Below, piece by piece: positions 24,930 through 37,722 of a stretch of DNA of 64,000 nucleotides. Numbering within the stretch: position 1 is the first letter of the stretch; every line of letters begins with the position of its first letter. The notes below the pieces were generated by a model. The model had not been told where the DNA came from and did not search any database. It was given only the letters and a program-made list of their open reading frames with translations. The DNA lies in assembly GCA_028534125.1 (NCBI GenBank), contig CM052818.1, forward strand, positions 12,464,001-12,528,000. The letters are read 5' to 3'. The DNA comes from Lama glama (taxonomy: Eukaryota). The position numbers and the translations under genes are program-made.

Positions 24930-26520
24930 TTTTGAAACAAAGTCATCCTGTCTCTTCTGTTGCCAAAGTGTAGCTTGCGTCTATCCAGCTTGCTTCTTCC
25001 CTCCGCTGCCACCTCGGTTAAAGTGACTGTTTTCTTTAACCTTCAGTCCTACAACGAACTCCTCGTTGGCTGCCCCACTTGTGATTTTAGTGTCCTTTAA
25101 TTTCCTCTTTATCCTTAAGTTACTGATCTTTCAGAAATATAAGCTGACCTTTCTCAGTCCTCTGCTCTGTGGTATACTTTATTATTGCTCAAAAATACTT
25201 TCTGCCCGTCTCCACTAGGGCTTCCTCTGCAGGGATTTTTGTTTTGACTCTGCTGTGATCAGGCTTAGCCATGTGAATTGTTTTGGACTATGAGATGTGA
25301 GTAGAAGTGATACGTGCCACTTCTGAAGAAACTTTTAAGAGTTTTTGAGGGACCTTGTCATCACTCTTTTCATCTTGGCCATATGGGTAGCAAGGCTTCT
25401 CCTTCAGCTGTGGTCCTGGGATGGAGAAGATAAGAGGCCCAGTGGAGCTGTGACATTTAATGTGAGCCCCAAACCACACTATTGTTTTGATAGTCACTGG
25501 CACTTTGGGATTTGTTTGTTATTACAGCAGAACTTTGCTTAGGCTGTGTGACCCATGGGCTCCATCCTCTGAGCACTTAGGTTAGGGTCCATAACATCTC
25601 TCAAGATGCTACATAATCTGGCCTCAGCCAACTCCACTGTCCTTCTCTCCAACCACATTCTCAAAATGCCTGAACACACTTTGGTTTAATTTAATACCAT
25701 TACTGTGATGTTCCTGTTGTGAGAAACACTCCTCCCTTCACCATGAGTCAAAATGATTAATTCTTTAGGGTTCAGGTTAATTATCATTTCCTCAGGAAGT
25801 GCTCATAACTGTTGGAAATCTAAATTATGTCTCTTTTACACACTCAACAGTTCTCTGTTGTTTATGGTGTTCTTCAAATACTTTTTTTTTGCTACAAAAT
25901 GGACATGGACTCAGGAAATTGTGAGGCAGTTGCATTGCTATTGTCATCATTCTAAAGAGAATACCAGGGAACAGATTGTGATGAGGACTCAACTGTGATT
26001 AGTTTCTTGAATTTATCAGACTGTAATTCTGGGAAAATATGCACATTGAGTTAAGAATTTATATATTATGTATTTGAAACCTAGTTAATAAATATTAAAT
26101 ACAATTCACTGAAGCACTAATGATTCATTCAGTTTTGAAAATTGAACATTGAATTTCTTAGAAGTTACATATAAATAATTAAATCCAATCTTACTTAGCT
26201 CAGTAGTAATAGAATGAGTTCCATGCTCCAGAATCCATATTGCTATTAAAAAAGACAAAACAAAACAGAACCCTAGGGCCAAAGTCAACCAAGTCTTGAA
26301 ATTTTGGATTTCAGAGTATCCACCGATTTTAGGGGGTGTGGGGTCACAGAAGTCCAGGATTTGTAATTATTGCACTTATGTTTACTTACTTATTATCATA
26401 ATCTATCTTCTGTACTTGACTGTAAACTCAACAAGGACAGTCTGTGGTTGTATCATTGTATCCACAATCCCCAGGGCTGTACCTGACATAGTGTAGAAGC
26501 TTAAATACAATGACAGTAAA
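24930..26520 (+). mobile_element. Fragmented L2 3' region, interrupted by MLT1
   Basis: Pyrimidine-rich L2 text, ending in actgtaaactc...aggacag...cattgtatcc...cccagggctgtacctgacatag. The interval includes non-L2 stretches. Confidence 0.5.
25168..25555 (+). mobile_element. MLT1J/I-like MaLR LTR
   Basis: ggcttagccatgtgaattgttttgg...atgtgagtagaagtga...tttgggatttgtttgttattacagca. Confidence 0.7.
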
Positions 26521-26719
26521 GATTTCTTTTTGTAGAAATACATTATCCACCTAAATTATCATGTGCAATTGAGTAGTGGTAATGTTTCCATAAATATACT
26601 CAATAATAGCTCCTCCTATGGATACCTAAAACCATAGGTGCTCAGTATTGGTTTAGGGATATTGGTATTCTCCATTATTTTTATGAAGGTTATTATCTAT
26701 GTTGACATTTGGTTTGAGG

Positions 26720-26990
26720 CAATAATAGCTACCATTTACTGCACACGTTGTATGTCAGGCACTGTTGAAAAGTGTAATATATTCTATATTATTTACAATA
26801 ATCCTGCACCATAATTTCTTGCTCATTTGACAGAATGACAGGCAAAAAAACAAAGCAACAACAACAAACCCTGATATCCAGGAAATTAAGTAGTTTGCCT
26901 AAAGACACATTAGATGGCAAGTGGTACACACTAGGTAGAAACTCAGTTCTGTCCAAGTCCGATATCCTCAGTCCCACACTGCCTGCATCT
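26720..26990 (-). mobile_element. MIR SINE
   Basis: aataatagctaccatttactg...tgtcaggcactgt...ttaagtagtttgcctaaagacaca. Confidence 0.7.
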
Positions 26991-27716
26991 CCACAGCTCC
27001 ATGGCCAGTCTCTTCGTGTCTGGTACAGATTTCTGACTGCTTATTTTGGAAGGTTACACATTACTTATGGATACTTTCTTCCTTCAATGCTCAAATGAAA
27101 TAAGAGATTACATCTGCCTTTTATTTTAATTTCAATGCACAATGATAAAATCTGAAATTCAATGATCTTGAAAATGCTGATATTTCATGATAAGGACTCT
27201 GTGTGAACAGTTTAGTTGATACCTTAATTGATGCTTTTATCTAGTGTGAATATAAAACAGCCAACTTCATTATGTAAACTATCTTCTTCTGTATAACTTG
27301 ATGGGATCAATATTCTCTGGGATTCTAAGTTTCAAAGGCAACTAAACAGTGGGAGGTTGATAAGTGCGGTGCATTGTTATCATTGAGAAACTCACATTTT
27401 ATTAGGTCTTTTTTTTTCTTGCTTTAAAATGCAGATGGGACATTTTTAAATGGGTAATGCAAGGTGCCTTAGGCTGGGTCAATAAATGGAAACAGGCTAC
27501 TCGGAGTGAAGACCTAATCTCTCATTGGTACTGTCTCCTCCTCTTCTCCTAGGAGTCCTATCCAATTTTAAAGAATATTTCAAGTATGTCAGCATTCTTA
27601 CAAAATGCTTTGATCTGCAATTTATTTTAAAGCATCCCCTCCAAAAATATCATTGTCAAAATACAAATGTCCTAGTCCCACTCTCTGCACAAGGACAGGC
27701 AAGAAGAGTCTTCTTT

Positions 27717-27859
27717 GGGGGGAGTGTACAGCTCGGTAGTAGAGCACGTGATTCACATGCACGAGGTCCTGGGTTCAGTCCCTGGTACCTCCATTAAACA
27801 AACAGACAAACAAACAAACAAATCTAATTACCTTACCGCCTCCCCCCCCCCAAAAAAAG
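27717..27859 (+). mobile_element. Vic-1-type camelid tRNA-derived SINE, full length
   Basis: The tRNA-like head (ggggagtgtacagctcggtagtagagcacgtg...gaggtcctgggttcagtccctggtacctcca) carries A/B boxes, followed by an aaac-rich linker, ctaattacc...C-run and A tail. A 12-bp TSD agaagagtcttc lies at 27702-27713 and 27860-27871. Confidence 0.9.
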
Positions 27860-28111
27860 AGAAGAGTCTTCCAAAAGTGCCACCCTAGCAGCAATCTACG
27901 AAACATCATGGCATTGACGTTAGTGCTGACAGGGGTAGGCAAAGAGCATAAATATTGAGTGAGTCCAGCTCTCTTTACGGGATTCCTGGGAACAAGAAGA
28001 AAAACATTTAAAGGCTCTTTTCAATGCCATTTAATAGGGCAATTATATCATCCAAATTATATCCATTCCAACTGTATTTACTGAAAATTATACTTACTAC
28101 CTCTATAAAGG

Positions 28112-28340
28112 GCTGTTTATTACTCATATACTTTGTGTCAGGCACTGTGTTTTGTTACTTTGATTTCGATTTTGTTTAATCTTCATAGTAACCCTGTAAG
28201 ATAGGTACGATTAGTTCCATTTCACAGTTGAGGAAACTGATGATTTTTGAAGATACCAGTGTCCAAACTTGCCCTCCTGGCAAATAATAAAGCCAGAAGT
28301 TGAAGGGCGAATTTCTATCTTCAAATTCTAAACTGCTTCC
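28112..28340 (-). mobile_element. MIR SINE
   Basis: ctttgtgtcaggcactgtg...tttaatcttcatagtaaccctgtaagataggta...ccatttcacagttgaggaaactga. Confidence 0.8.
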
Positions 28341-28384
28341 TAGCTAGTGCCTGTTTTGTGCAGAAGCTTTTACCAGACATGCAA

Positions 28385-28540
28385 GTGATGGCTCCCAAAT
28401 CAAATGGGAACCAGAATTCCTGGGATGCTTGTTGGGTGTACAGATTGCTGGACTACTTTTTGAGAGTTCTGGTCAGTAGGTCTGGAGTGGGCTCTCAGAA
28501 CAAAGTATCTTCAGCAAGCATCCTAGGAGTTTCTGATCAG
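28385..28540. mobile_element. MER5-like hAT-Charlie fragment
   Basis: cagaattcctggga...cagattgctgg...gagttctggtcagtaggtctggagtggg...caagcatcctagg. Confidence 0.55.
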
Positions 28541-29109
28541 CCAATTCAGAATAACTTCCAGGATGCAAAGGGAAATACTAAAGGATTCTACCCTGTAGGT
28601 AATTTGATGGTTACAAAGAATATAAGCTACTGGTGATGGGACTATACATTCTGAAAATATCTGCCTCTATAATTTCACACTTAGTACAGGACTTCAGTGA
28701 ATTCTTGATCAATTAGGAGAACAAATGCATTTTTGGGGAGAATTATTGCTTGTGTTTTTCAAGATTAGAGGAAAGAAAACTGAGCATTGTACACATTTTA
28801 AACTCCAAAATGTACAAATTCTCTGTGTGAAGTTTACTACTTAAACATATGTTGACTAGCCATGTCTGGTGCCATCGTTACTGCGGTAGAATTCCCATAG
28901 CCAATGTTCTTGTAGGGGCCAGTGCAAAGCGTTCTGGTTTTATGGGTATTTTCTATGGCTTTATTCTTTTTTTTTTTCGCTCGATGCCTCTGTATCCATC
29001 TGTTGTGGGTTTCCTGAGGGTAATCTTTTATTTCCATAAGTATATTTATTATGAAACTAATAGTTAATACTCATTCTCCCTTAGACCAGTAACTTGTTTT
29101 AAGACTTTA

Positions 29110-29215
29110 ATATATCAACTCATTTAATCCTCAGAACATTTCTATGAGGCAGCTTCTACTATTATGATCCCCATTTTACGTGTAAGGAGACTGAGGTACA
29201 GAGTGACTAGGCACA
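29110..29215 (-). mobile_element. MIR fragment
   Basis: aactcatttaatcctcagaac...tatgaggcag...ccccattttacgtgtaaggagactgaggtacaga. Confidence 0.75.
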
Positions 29216-30099
29216 TCCCAGTGATCTTTTGCTGCATTAAAAAATTTCAGTATCCATATACGCAAGAGGAATAATGAAATATCCTACTTCGACCTGGGAA
29301 CAATAATTTTCTAGGTTCTTCAGCACTGGATTCCAGCGGAGGAAATTATTTGTTTACCAAGCTGCAATACAACTCCCTGGAACTTAGCTCCCATAAAGCA
29401 GTGGCTCAACATCCTACATTATTTACTTATTAACGTGGGCATCCTGTAAGGATTTGTTTTCACGAGGAAGAGACAGCATTTATTTCTACAGTGAATTAAG
29501 CCAAATTAGCAACACTCATAAAATCAAGAAATTCTCAGTAGAATTCTTTTCTCATCAAGGTATTTACACACAATGAAGCACATTATTTTCTTTGTGGAAT
29601 TTTATGTATAATAAGCATGCATATCGACATGGGATATATGGATGCTAATTATTGCTGCAGCTCGCATTTACAGAGCAGTTACTATGTGCTAGGCACTATA
29701 TAAATCCTTTTCATAGATTATTCCAATGCATCCTTGCAGATATCTTGGTAAGTAATTTCTTCATTTATTTCAGTTTTACACATTTAAAAAACATGCCTGA
29801 AGTCTAATGAAAAAATTGGTGTTTGAGTGTAGACATCTAACTTCAGAGACTGCCTTCTGTATCACCAAACTCAGACTGAAACCCAGGTCCACAGATGGAC
29901 CCAAACATTGAACGTTGGCTATTGGTGGGTTACTCTCTTCCTCTCTGCCAAATAAATCACCTACACAACTACAGGAAATGGAGATTTGACTTTGTACTAG
30001 GTTAGGTGAGAACATAACAGGTGGACTTTTTAATTGACCACAAATATAACTGCAACATTTAAAAAAGCTTGTGCCATTTTAAGTTGTTCTGATATTTGG

Positions 30100-30620
30100 A
30101 TTTAATTCACAAAACAGTTTCAAGCACCCACCAAATATCCAGCACTATGCTTGGTGTTATATTTACAAAATTTTGTAAGATGAGTTTGCAGATCCAGGAA
30201 TCTTAAGAGTCTCACAAGTCTGAGAGGGTTTATACGAAACTTGGGCACAAGATAATAAGCCCTGTATGTACAGAATCAACAAATGCGATGAGCCCAGGAT
30301 GAGAATCAGTTCTGCTGCATTGTTGATGAACCTGGGACATTTTTTCACAGTGGAGCTATTATTCAGAATGGAGTTTTAGAGCTGGGTAGGTAGAAATTCA
30401 CCAGGCTGAAGGACAGATATATGAAGGGAGAAATGGGTGGTATACTTGGGGGATGGTTCATACGATGGTGCAGATTATAAAGGGCCCAGGGTGCCTTGCC
30501 AAAGAGTTTGAGTTTTTTTCTGTAGACAGAGAAAATTTGTTTAAGCAGGGGGGGTTTCACTTTTTGGTATGCGTATCAGATATAATTAGGGCAGTGGTGA
30601 TGGAGCCAGAGGGGGACAGC
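30100..30620 (-). mobile_element. L2 fragment
   Basis: caagcacccac...ccagcactatgc; cagattataaagggcc...gccaaagagtttgagtttttttctgtagaca. Confidence 0.55.
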
Positions 30621-30939
30621 TGTGGAGCTGAGGTGGTAGACCTTTATCCAAGGCACTGCACACAGGAGGAGGGGGGACAGGCTTGGGGAAAATTAGTTTG
30701 ATTTTATATTACGGAATGTGAGGTGGGCTCAGGCCACCCAGGTGAGAGACGTTTGATTGGCAGTACGAAGTGCAAATGATAGGCTGGAGCGACAGGTCTA
30801 GGGAGCAGAGGAGAGCCCTTGGGCCATCCCTAGTGTGAGTTGCAAGTCCAGATGCCTGGGACCAGTAGCACCCCAGTGCTACTTTGTGTTGCTTTGATTG
30901 CAGCTGGGTCAGATATCCAGTTCTACTTGTCACCTCTTA

Positions 30940-31553
30940 GAAGGGATACTGGAAAATCCCACAAAGGCAGCTAGGTGACTAGGGACCTGGATTCACCCTG
31001 ACCTGAGATGCCCTTAGTCTGGAAAAGAGAATGCAAAGAGGAAATGATAAATGTCTTTGTTAGCAGGGTTTCAGGAGACATACTGAGGTAGAAAAGTGCA
31101 GCTCAAAGTCAATGATTCCCTCACCCCAGAAGGCTGCCCAGGGAGCAGCAGCCTACGAAACTCTAGCAAGAACAGGTCAGCCCCCTGGGCTTTCTGCACT
31201 GAAACAGGGTGAGAGAAAATATTACATTTGGGTGTGGGGAAGGCAGCTACCACCAGAGGGCAGCCACACCCTGAGAACCCCAGCTGGCCGAACAAAGCAG
31301 CTGTACCCTCAGGGTTTTGGAATGAAATCCTTGGGTTTTGGGAAAATGCACAACGTGGTCACTGGTCACCAACAAATTGGGTAGATAGGAGAGTAGATCA
31401 GAATTCGGAGCCTGCATGTTCCCAGGGTAGCAGGTAATTTGGTCCACATACCTGGCCAGCCATTCAGAATTCTCTGGTTAGTTTCTCTACCTAGAAAATT
31501 GGCTTTTTAATCTCCTTTCTCTCATAAGGGAAGCCTCCCACTCCTTTCAGAAC
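30940..31553 (-). mobile_element. Ancient LTR-like element (ERVL-type; LTR41/LTR50-like is only a guess)
   Basis: GC-richer block of about 600 bp ending ...cagaaca (TGTTC on the minus strand), with LTR-like composition. The family is not firmly recognised. Confidence 0.4.
31247..31265 (+). promoter_or_regulatory. Strong CTCF consensus motif
   Basis: CCACCAGAGGGCAG (31250-31263) is an exact match to CCASYAGRKGGCRS. Confidence 0.65.
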
Positions 31554-32991
31554 AGGGTGCACTTGATGGACTAGATTTACTTTTTGTATTTTAAGAGGCT
31601 GTTATGATCTCAGTCACAGACAACAGATGGGTAAACCGGGAAGAAGGTATGAAAACACTCCCAGGAAAGCTTTTGGGATGTCCCGATGTCCTCCAGCTTT
31701 GACCCTGCAGCTTTGAAAGCCTCCTCGGCAGGCAGACAACGGCGACTCTCTGACCTTTTAACAGAGGGGATTTGTGCCGTGATTGATATTTAGGTGCTGC
31801 TACTGTTCATCGTAATCGGCTTGGCAGGTTTTCCCAGCTACTTTGCATATGATTTTTAAGAAGCCAGGTCATCTCCAGTGAGAGGAAGAAGGAGGTATCT
31901 GGATGTCAGCACTAAGAGCTGGATGTCTCCCTGTGGAGGAGAAAATAGGTCAAATCCTCCTCTCAGGTTGCCTGAGGAGGAAGATGGAGCAGAAGCTACT
32001 CTGTGCCCTAAACTGGCTTGAATACCTGTGCCCCACACTACGTAGGGGAATTCGGGAGGGAAACAGAAAGTATGTGGTGGCCCTTTGAGGACTTGAGAGG
32101 AAGGGGGCATTGCACTGGGTTCAGGAGATGGCACTGGAGCACCTGATTTTTCACTTTGGAAGCTACTCTTTGGTAACCATCATAATGATCCCAGTGGTAA
32201 TAGGCACCATCTAAAGTTAAACAGAAGAACATCTCCTTTCCACAGTGTTGAACTCATGTTAAAGGCGTGATGCTCTCAATTGAAAACAATGATTTTAAAC
32301 AGCAGTAATAACAAGAAAATAAGCGTGTTTTGAGATCTCTCCGTTTCCACCCCGTCGGGCACCCCTGCTTGGCGCTGTTTCGGTACGCAGAGCACAATGA
32401 CATATGCAGCTCTTCACTGGGTATAAATGTTTTGGAAGCTGGCGTTGCTAAGCTATGGCTAATTTCAGATGCAAAAATATACTCCTCTGAAAAATATGCT
32501 TGCTACAACCTTCATGCCACCTTCGACTATTTGTGTGGTTCCGAGGCTGAAAATGTATAGTTTATGCAAAGCTGAAGGGAAGGGAAAATGGAACAAATTC
32601 ACATTGCTATGTCTTCTCTCTGTACCTTCAAATAATCACTCATTTACTCATAAGAGACGCTGAGCAAGGTCAGCAGATCTACAGGACACTAGATTTTTTC
32701 ATTTGATGACATATTTTCCTTCGCAGAGACTGCATTTTTGAAAAGTAAGAAGTTAAGTATTCTTTATTTAAACTCAACGTGCATGGCTGTAATTTATTTG
32801 TATTTTATTAGTTAGTTTACACATTAGAGTTATGTATTAGTGTCTCTTCTATGTCAGGCACAGTGGTGGCCAACAGATTCTGACTGACCAAGTTTCCACT
32901 TAGAGTCTCAAGCCTGAGCAACATTGCAGTTTGATTGTTCACAGGAAAAGTTTATGATATTTTTCCTGGATCCCCCCCTTTTTTTGACACA

Positions 32992-33465
32992 TTATATTAG
33001 TGTCCTATTGCTACTGTAATGAATTTCAACAAACTTAATGACATAGCAACACAAACTTACCTTACTGTCCTGCTAATCAGAAGTACTAAAATCAAGTACT
33101 AAAAGCAAGAGTGTGTTTCCTTCTAGGGGTTCTAGGAGAGAAATCATGTCCTTGCGTTCTCCTGGCTGTGGTCCCTTCCCTCATTGTCAAGGTCAACAGC
33201 GTAGCATCTTCAGATCTCTCTATTTCTCTCTCTCACATCTGCCTCCATCTTCACATCTTCCCTGATGCCCCTGCTTCCTTCTTATGAGGAGCCTTATGAT
33301 TAAATAGACCCACCCAGATAATCCAGGATAATCTTGCCATCTCAAGATCCTTAACATAATCATGTTTGCAGAATCTTTTGAGCATCTACACAGGTTCTGG
33401 AGAAAGAAGTTTACATTAGGACGTAAACTTCTATGTGGGGTGAGGGAGTTATTGCACCTACCACA
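32992..33465 (-). mobile_element. MLT1D/C-like MaLR LTR
   Basis: tattagtgtcctattgctactgtaa...cccacccagataatccaggataatct...catctcaagatccttaac...cctaccaca. Confidence 0.85.
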
Positions 33466-35305
33466 TTCACATATTTGAACTCATCTGCTAGTTAAAATTC
33501 CTTTGCTTACACTGTTTTGCATACTTCAAAAAATAAAGTTTCTTTAAAAAACGAAGTTTTCAAAAAAATTTTCCCAAAAAATGACATGAACAAGTTTACA
33601 GCCTTTGGGTCTTTGCATAGAATTCAGCACCAGTCCTTTGGACACCAGGGCAAATCTCCTAGGAAGTGAATTTCTGGGTGTTGCAGAAGGGGACTGTTCA
33701 ATGAGTCCAGATTTTCTTAGCACAGCACCCCAAAAAATTCAATTTTTCCAGCTAAAAGTAAAGGCTCTCTGAATTCTACTGGATAGTACTCTGGGGAATA
33801 TTTTTGTGTGTTAAAATTATAATTGTGTTATTGCACATGTGCATATTAAAATAGAAAATCAACTTAATACTTTGAATCTTAATAAGTTTTCCCCAAAAGG
33901 AGATTATTACTCATAGTTCACACTGTGAATGTGTGCTATCGGCAGCCTGAGACTTACTGTGACTCTTTATTTCAATACTGAATACAAATTCATTTTAAAA
34001 TGCATTCATTCTCCTATTCTTGCATTGAGGTTTATGAATTAATAAACGGGGGTTAGAATTTCCAAGGATATCGAGACAGGGTCATATGGATTGTTCCTGT
34101 CAGAAAGATGCTTTGGGGCAGAGTCTGTCGGCCCATTCCATGTTTCTTCAGTTGAAGTAGAGGCCAGAGGACCACATCTGAGCTTAGAGGTTGCTTTCCT
34201 CAGCCCCCCAAAGTATATGCTTTGTGGTATTTCTTAGGCTTTTCTTAGGCTACTTGATGAGGAGGAAGAAATACGTGGTTCCCAGACTTCAGTGGAAAGG
34301 CAGAGTGGATGAGAAGGCATTGGGGGGGATTCCTAGATCCCCACAGCTACACCCCAGTTCACTCTGAAGATGGAGCATGAACAGCCGAAGAAGGCTCTTG
34401 CTCTCCACTGAAGGCATTTTCTGCAAAATTTTGGACGAGCTATGAACTAGTGGGAAGAAACCATATACATGTGCCCTAATACACACAACACACACACATG
34501 TATATTGAGATTAAGTTCATGTTTGAAGTAGCCAATGATACAGTGTCTTAGTATGAATAAAGTGGCCATAGAGGGTGAAGAAATGGAGTGAGTGTGAGGG
34601 GCCCTGGGTCCCAGAGTAGGGCCCGGAGCTGTGGATACTATGGTTTGTGCAAGAAAGGGTTTCACGTGATCAAGAAAACTCAGTTCTTGCTGTGGCATAG
34701 TCCTTCAACAATTGTATCACTATTCAAGAAGAACATACCTTATATTTGACATAAGATTGTCAAACTTCAGGACTTCCATATTCTTGGTCCAGATTCAGTG
34801 TCAGCAGAGACCCAGAGGCATCGCCTCTCAACGGCAGCTGTTGCTGGGAGGTATTGCAGCTTTTCTATCAGTTATCCTTTTGGGGCAACATCGTAAACTT
34901 AAGATTCTTTACTGACTGGGACTCAGATGGCTGGATCCCTCAGTTTGGGTTTTATGCTGGAGCGTTGGCCAAGGGCTGCGTATTAGCTCTCATTTTAGAC
35001 CCCACTAAAGTATTTTAGCGTTGGCTTATTGCATTAGGAATGCTTTAAAACAAGAATGTTAGATCTTCCTGTTTTTCTAAAACACCCCAGTTTAGGGCTT
35101 AGACAGCATTTTTAGACAATATATTTTACATCAAAGACTGACCCAGAGAGAAATATAAATACCCACAGTGTAAAATGCAATTTTATTATCTTTCTCCATA
35201 AAATTATGAAATGCTTTACACGTATCTTTTACATATGTAAAGACCATAGCCATGTATTCATTTTCAGAAAAAAATACATGCCATGCATATACAGCTAGTA
35301 TAGTG

Positions 35306-35336
35306 CATACACACACACACACATGCACACACACAC
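35306..35336 (+). repeat. Imperfect (CA)n microsatellite
   Basis: Direct reading of the sequence. Confidence 0.85.
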
Positions 35337-35619
35337 CCTAGAGAAGAAAAATGAGGCTTGAGAAGTGACAGAAAGAGAAATAGGCAAAGGTGAGGAAGAT
35401 GGGAATGGAACAGATACAAGTGGCCGGAAAGGAGACAGACAGCCTCATCTTTGCAGAAATCTGATTTTATAATTGTCTTGCTTCACTACTTTCAGTGCTT
35501 CCTATATTCTCTTGAATAAAGTCAGAATTTCTTAGATTGGCATTCTTTCTGAAAACCTACATTCCCTTCTTTTTTCCCCTTAACCATCACTGCATGCATC
35601 TACCCTCTAGCTATAGTGA

Positions 35620-36590
35620 GAATAGTAAATAGCTACTTGCCATTTCTTTTGAGCATGCTATTACCTCTGTGTGTGCTGTTCTTCTTATTTTTTCTTTAAC
35701 AGACTTATGCATGAAATGAACAGCAATATGGCCCTACATCATTTATTGGGACCAAATAAATTTGATGACCATTTACCCTGTTCCCACTCCACAGCCAGCC
35801 CCTTTCATTCTATTGATTAATCATTTTGATATCGATCTTAATGTCTAAATAAAATGCTTGTATTGCAGCATCTTGATTTTTTTTTAGTTTTAGTCATCAT
35901 TAGCTGACCTTTCCCTTTATGTAAGGATTTCGATATTTTTAGCTTTCCCATTGCTAGCCCCTCCACACGTGGATGCTCTTCCTATCCCCTCTCTAATACT
36001 GTATGCACAATTTTAAAGCTATTGTTCAGCATTTGCATTAGTATAATAATGTAAACACTACTCACAGGCGAACCAGTTAACCAACAATAATTGCATTTCC
36101 CTCCTGGAACTACTTTTTTATTTTACTGGGAGCTAGTAATTGTCATGACTTGTATGTGCTCCTCAGTAACTAACTCTGCCCGTTTCCTGAATCTGCTCTG
36201 AGGACGTTTAGTTATTTTACATATTCTGTCCCTTTCATCTTCCTGCACAGGTGCCTCTTCTAATGTTACCTGGCTGTCCTTCGTAGTAGATGCTCAGCTG
36301 TCATGCTCGACTCTCTCTTCACCTGCATTTAGTGATTCCCTTCAGCTCAGTCCTGTTTGATTTTCTGTTTCCTGTTATCTCCTGTCTTTTTTTCCCAGTT
36401 TATATCCTCATCTTGGTGGGGCACAGTCAGTAACTTTCCGTGAATATGCGCATGAGGGTAACTTTTTTGAAACCTTGTATGTTTGAAATTATTTATTATC
36501 TCACCCTGATTTCATAATGGAGAATTTAGAGATACATAGAACTCTGGATTGGGAAGAATTTTTCTTCAGAATTTTGGAGGTAGTTGTACA
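35620..36590 (-). mobile_element. Very old L1M/L1ME-like fragment
   Basis: T-rich text ending in aactttttgaaaccttgtatgtttgaaa...atagaactctggattgg...ttttcttcagaattttggagg, which resembles antisense old L1. Confidence 0.5.
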
Positions 36591-37222
36591 GGTAAACATG
36601 GCTGGGGAAAGACATATAATCAAACCTGTTGGTCTCGCTTAAAATTCGTGACCATGAACCTCAAATAACCAGAGAATCACACTGTATTTTCACTCATTCT
36701 CCCGCTCTCCTAAATGCTAATTTCACAACCCCCCTTTCGCCTCACACCCCCAATATTGCCCCCCTCCTCACTCTCTGATGACTTTATGACAACTTCACTG
36801 AGAAAACTGAAGCAATCAGCAGAGATGCCGGATAGATTCCCACAACTATGTCTGCCCACCTAGTGATCCAACAACAGGGTCTTCCTGCCTTGACCACAGA
36901 TGGACTGATAAACCGTCCACTCTCTCTTCTGAAGCCTTTTCTTCCACTTGTACACTAGATCAAATTTTCTCAATCCTAGTCAAGGATGTATTTTAAAAGA
37001 TCCCCTGCGCCCACTTCCTCTCCTACGTTGTCAAATTTTTCTCTCTCCAGTGAATCAGTCCTGTCTATATAGAAACTTTCTGTTTCTCTCATTTTAGAAA
37101 AAAGAAAAAAAAAAGCCCCTTTCTATTAACGCCATTACTGATTTGAGGTCTCATACCTTTGATGCCCTTCACAGCAAAATCCCTGGGAAGGATTTTCCAC
37201 TCACACCGTCTCCTGTTCCTTA
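36590..37222 (+). mobile_element. L2 internal fragment
   Basis: cttcactgagaaaactgaagcaatcag...tccacttgtacactagatc...tcaaggat is typical L2. Confidence 0.7.
36820..37222 (+). repeat. 403-bp direct repeat, copy 1 (left of gap)
   Basis: Nearly identical to 37723-38125, with four substitutions seen by eye. Confidence 0.95.
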
Positions 37223-37722
37223 NNNNNNNNNNNNNNNNNNNNNNNNNNNNNNNNNNNNNNNNNNNNNNNNNNNNNNNNNNNNNNNNNNNNNNNNNNNNNN
37301 NNNNNNNNNNNNNNNNNNNNNNNNNNNNNNNNNNNNNNNNNNNNNNNNNNNNNNNNNNNNNNNNNNNNNNNNNNNNNNNNNNNNNNNNNNNNNNNNNNNN
37401 NNNNNNNNNNNNNNNNNNNNNNNNNNNNNNNNNNNNNNNNNNNNNNNNNNNNNNNNNNNNNNNNNNNNNNNNNNNNNNNNNNNNNNNNNNNNNNNNNNNN
37501 NNNNNNNNNNNNNNNNNNNNNNNNNNNNNNNNNNNNNNNNNNNNNNNNNNNNNNNNNNNNNNNNNNNNNNNNNNNNNNNNNNNNNNNNNNNNNNNNNNNN
37601 NNNNNNNNNNNNNNNNNNNNNNNNNNNNNNNNNNNNNNNNNNNNNNNNNNNNNNNNNNNNNNNNNNNNNNNNNNNNNNNNNNNNNNNNNNNNNNNNNNNN
37701 NNNNNNNNNNNNNNNNNNNNNN
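37223..37722. other. Assembly gap (500 N)
   Basis: A run of N of round length. Confidence 0.99.

Noticed and set aside
27717..27793. tRNA-like sequence (possible tRNA gene)
   Set aside because: It is followed by a SINE tail and flanked by a TSD, with degenerate stems. It is a SINE head.
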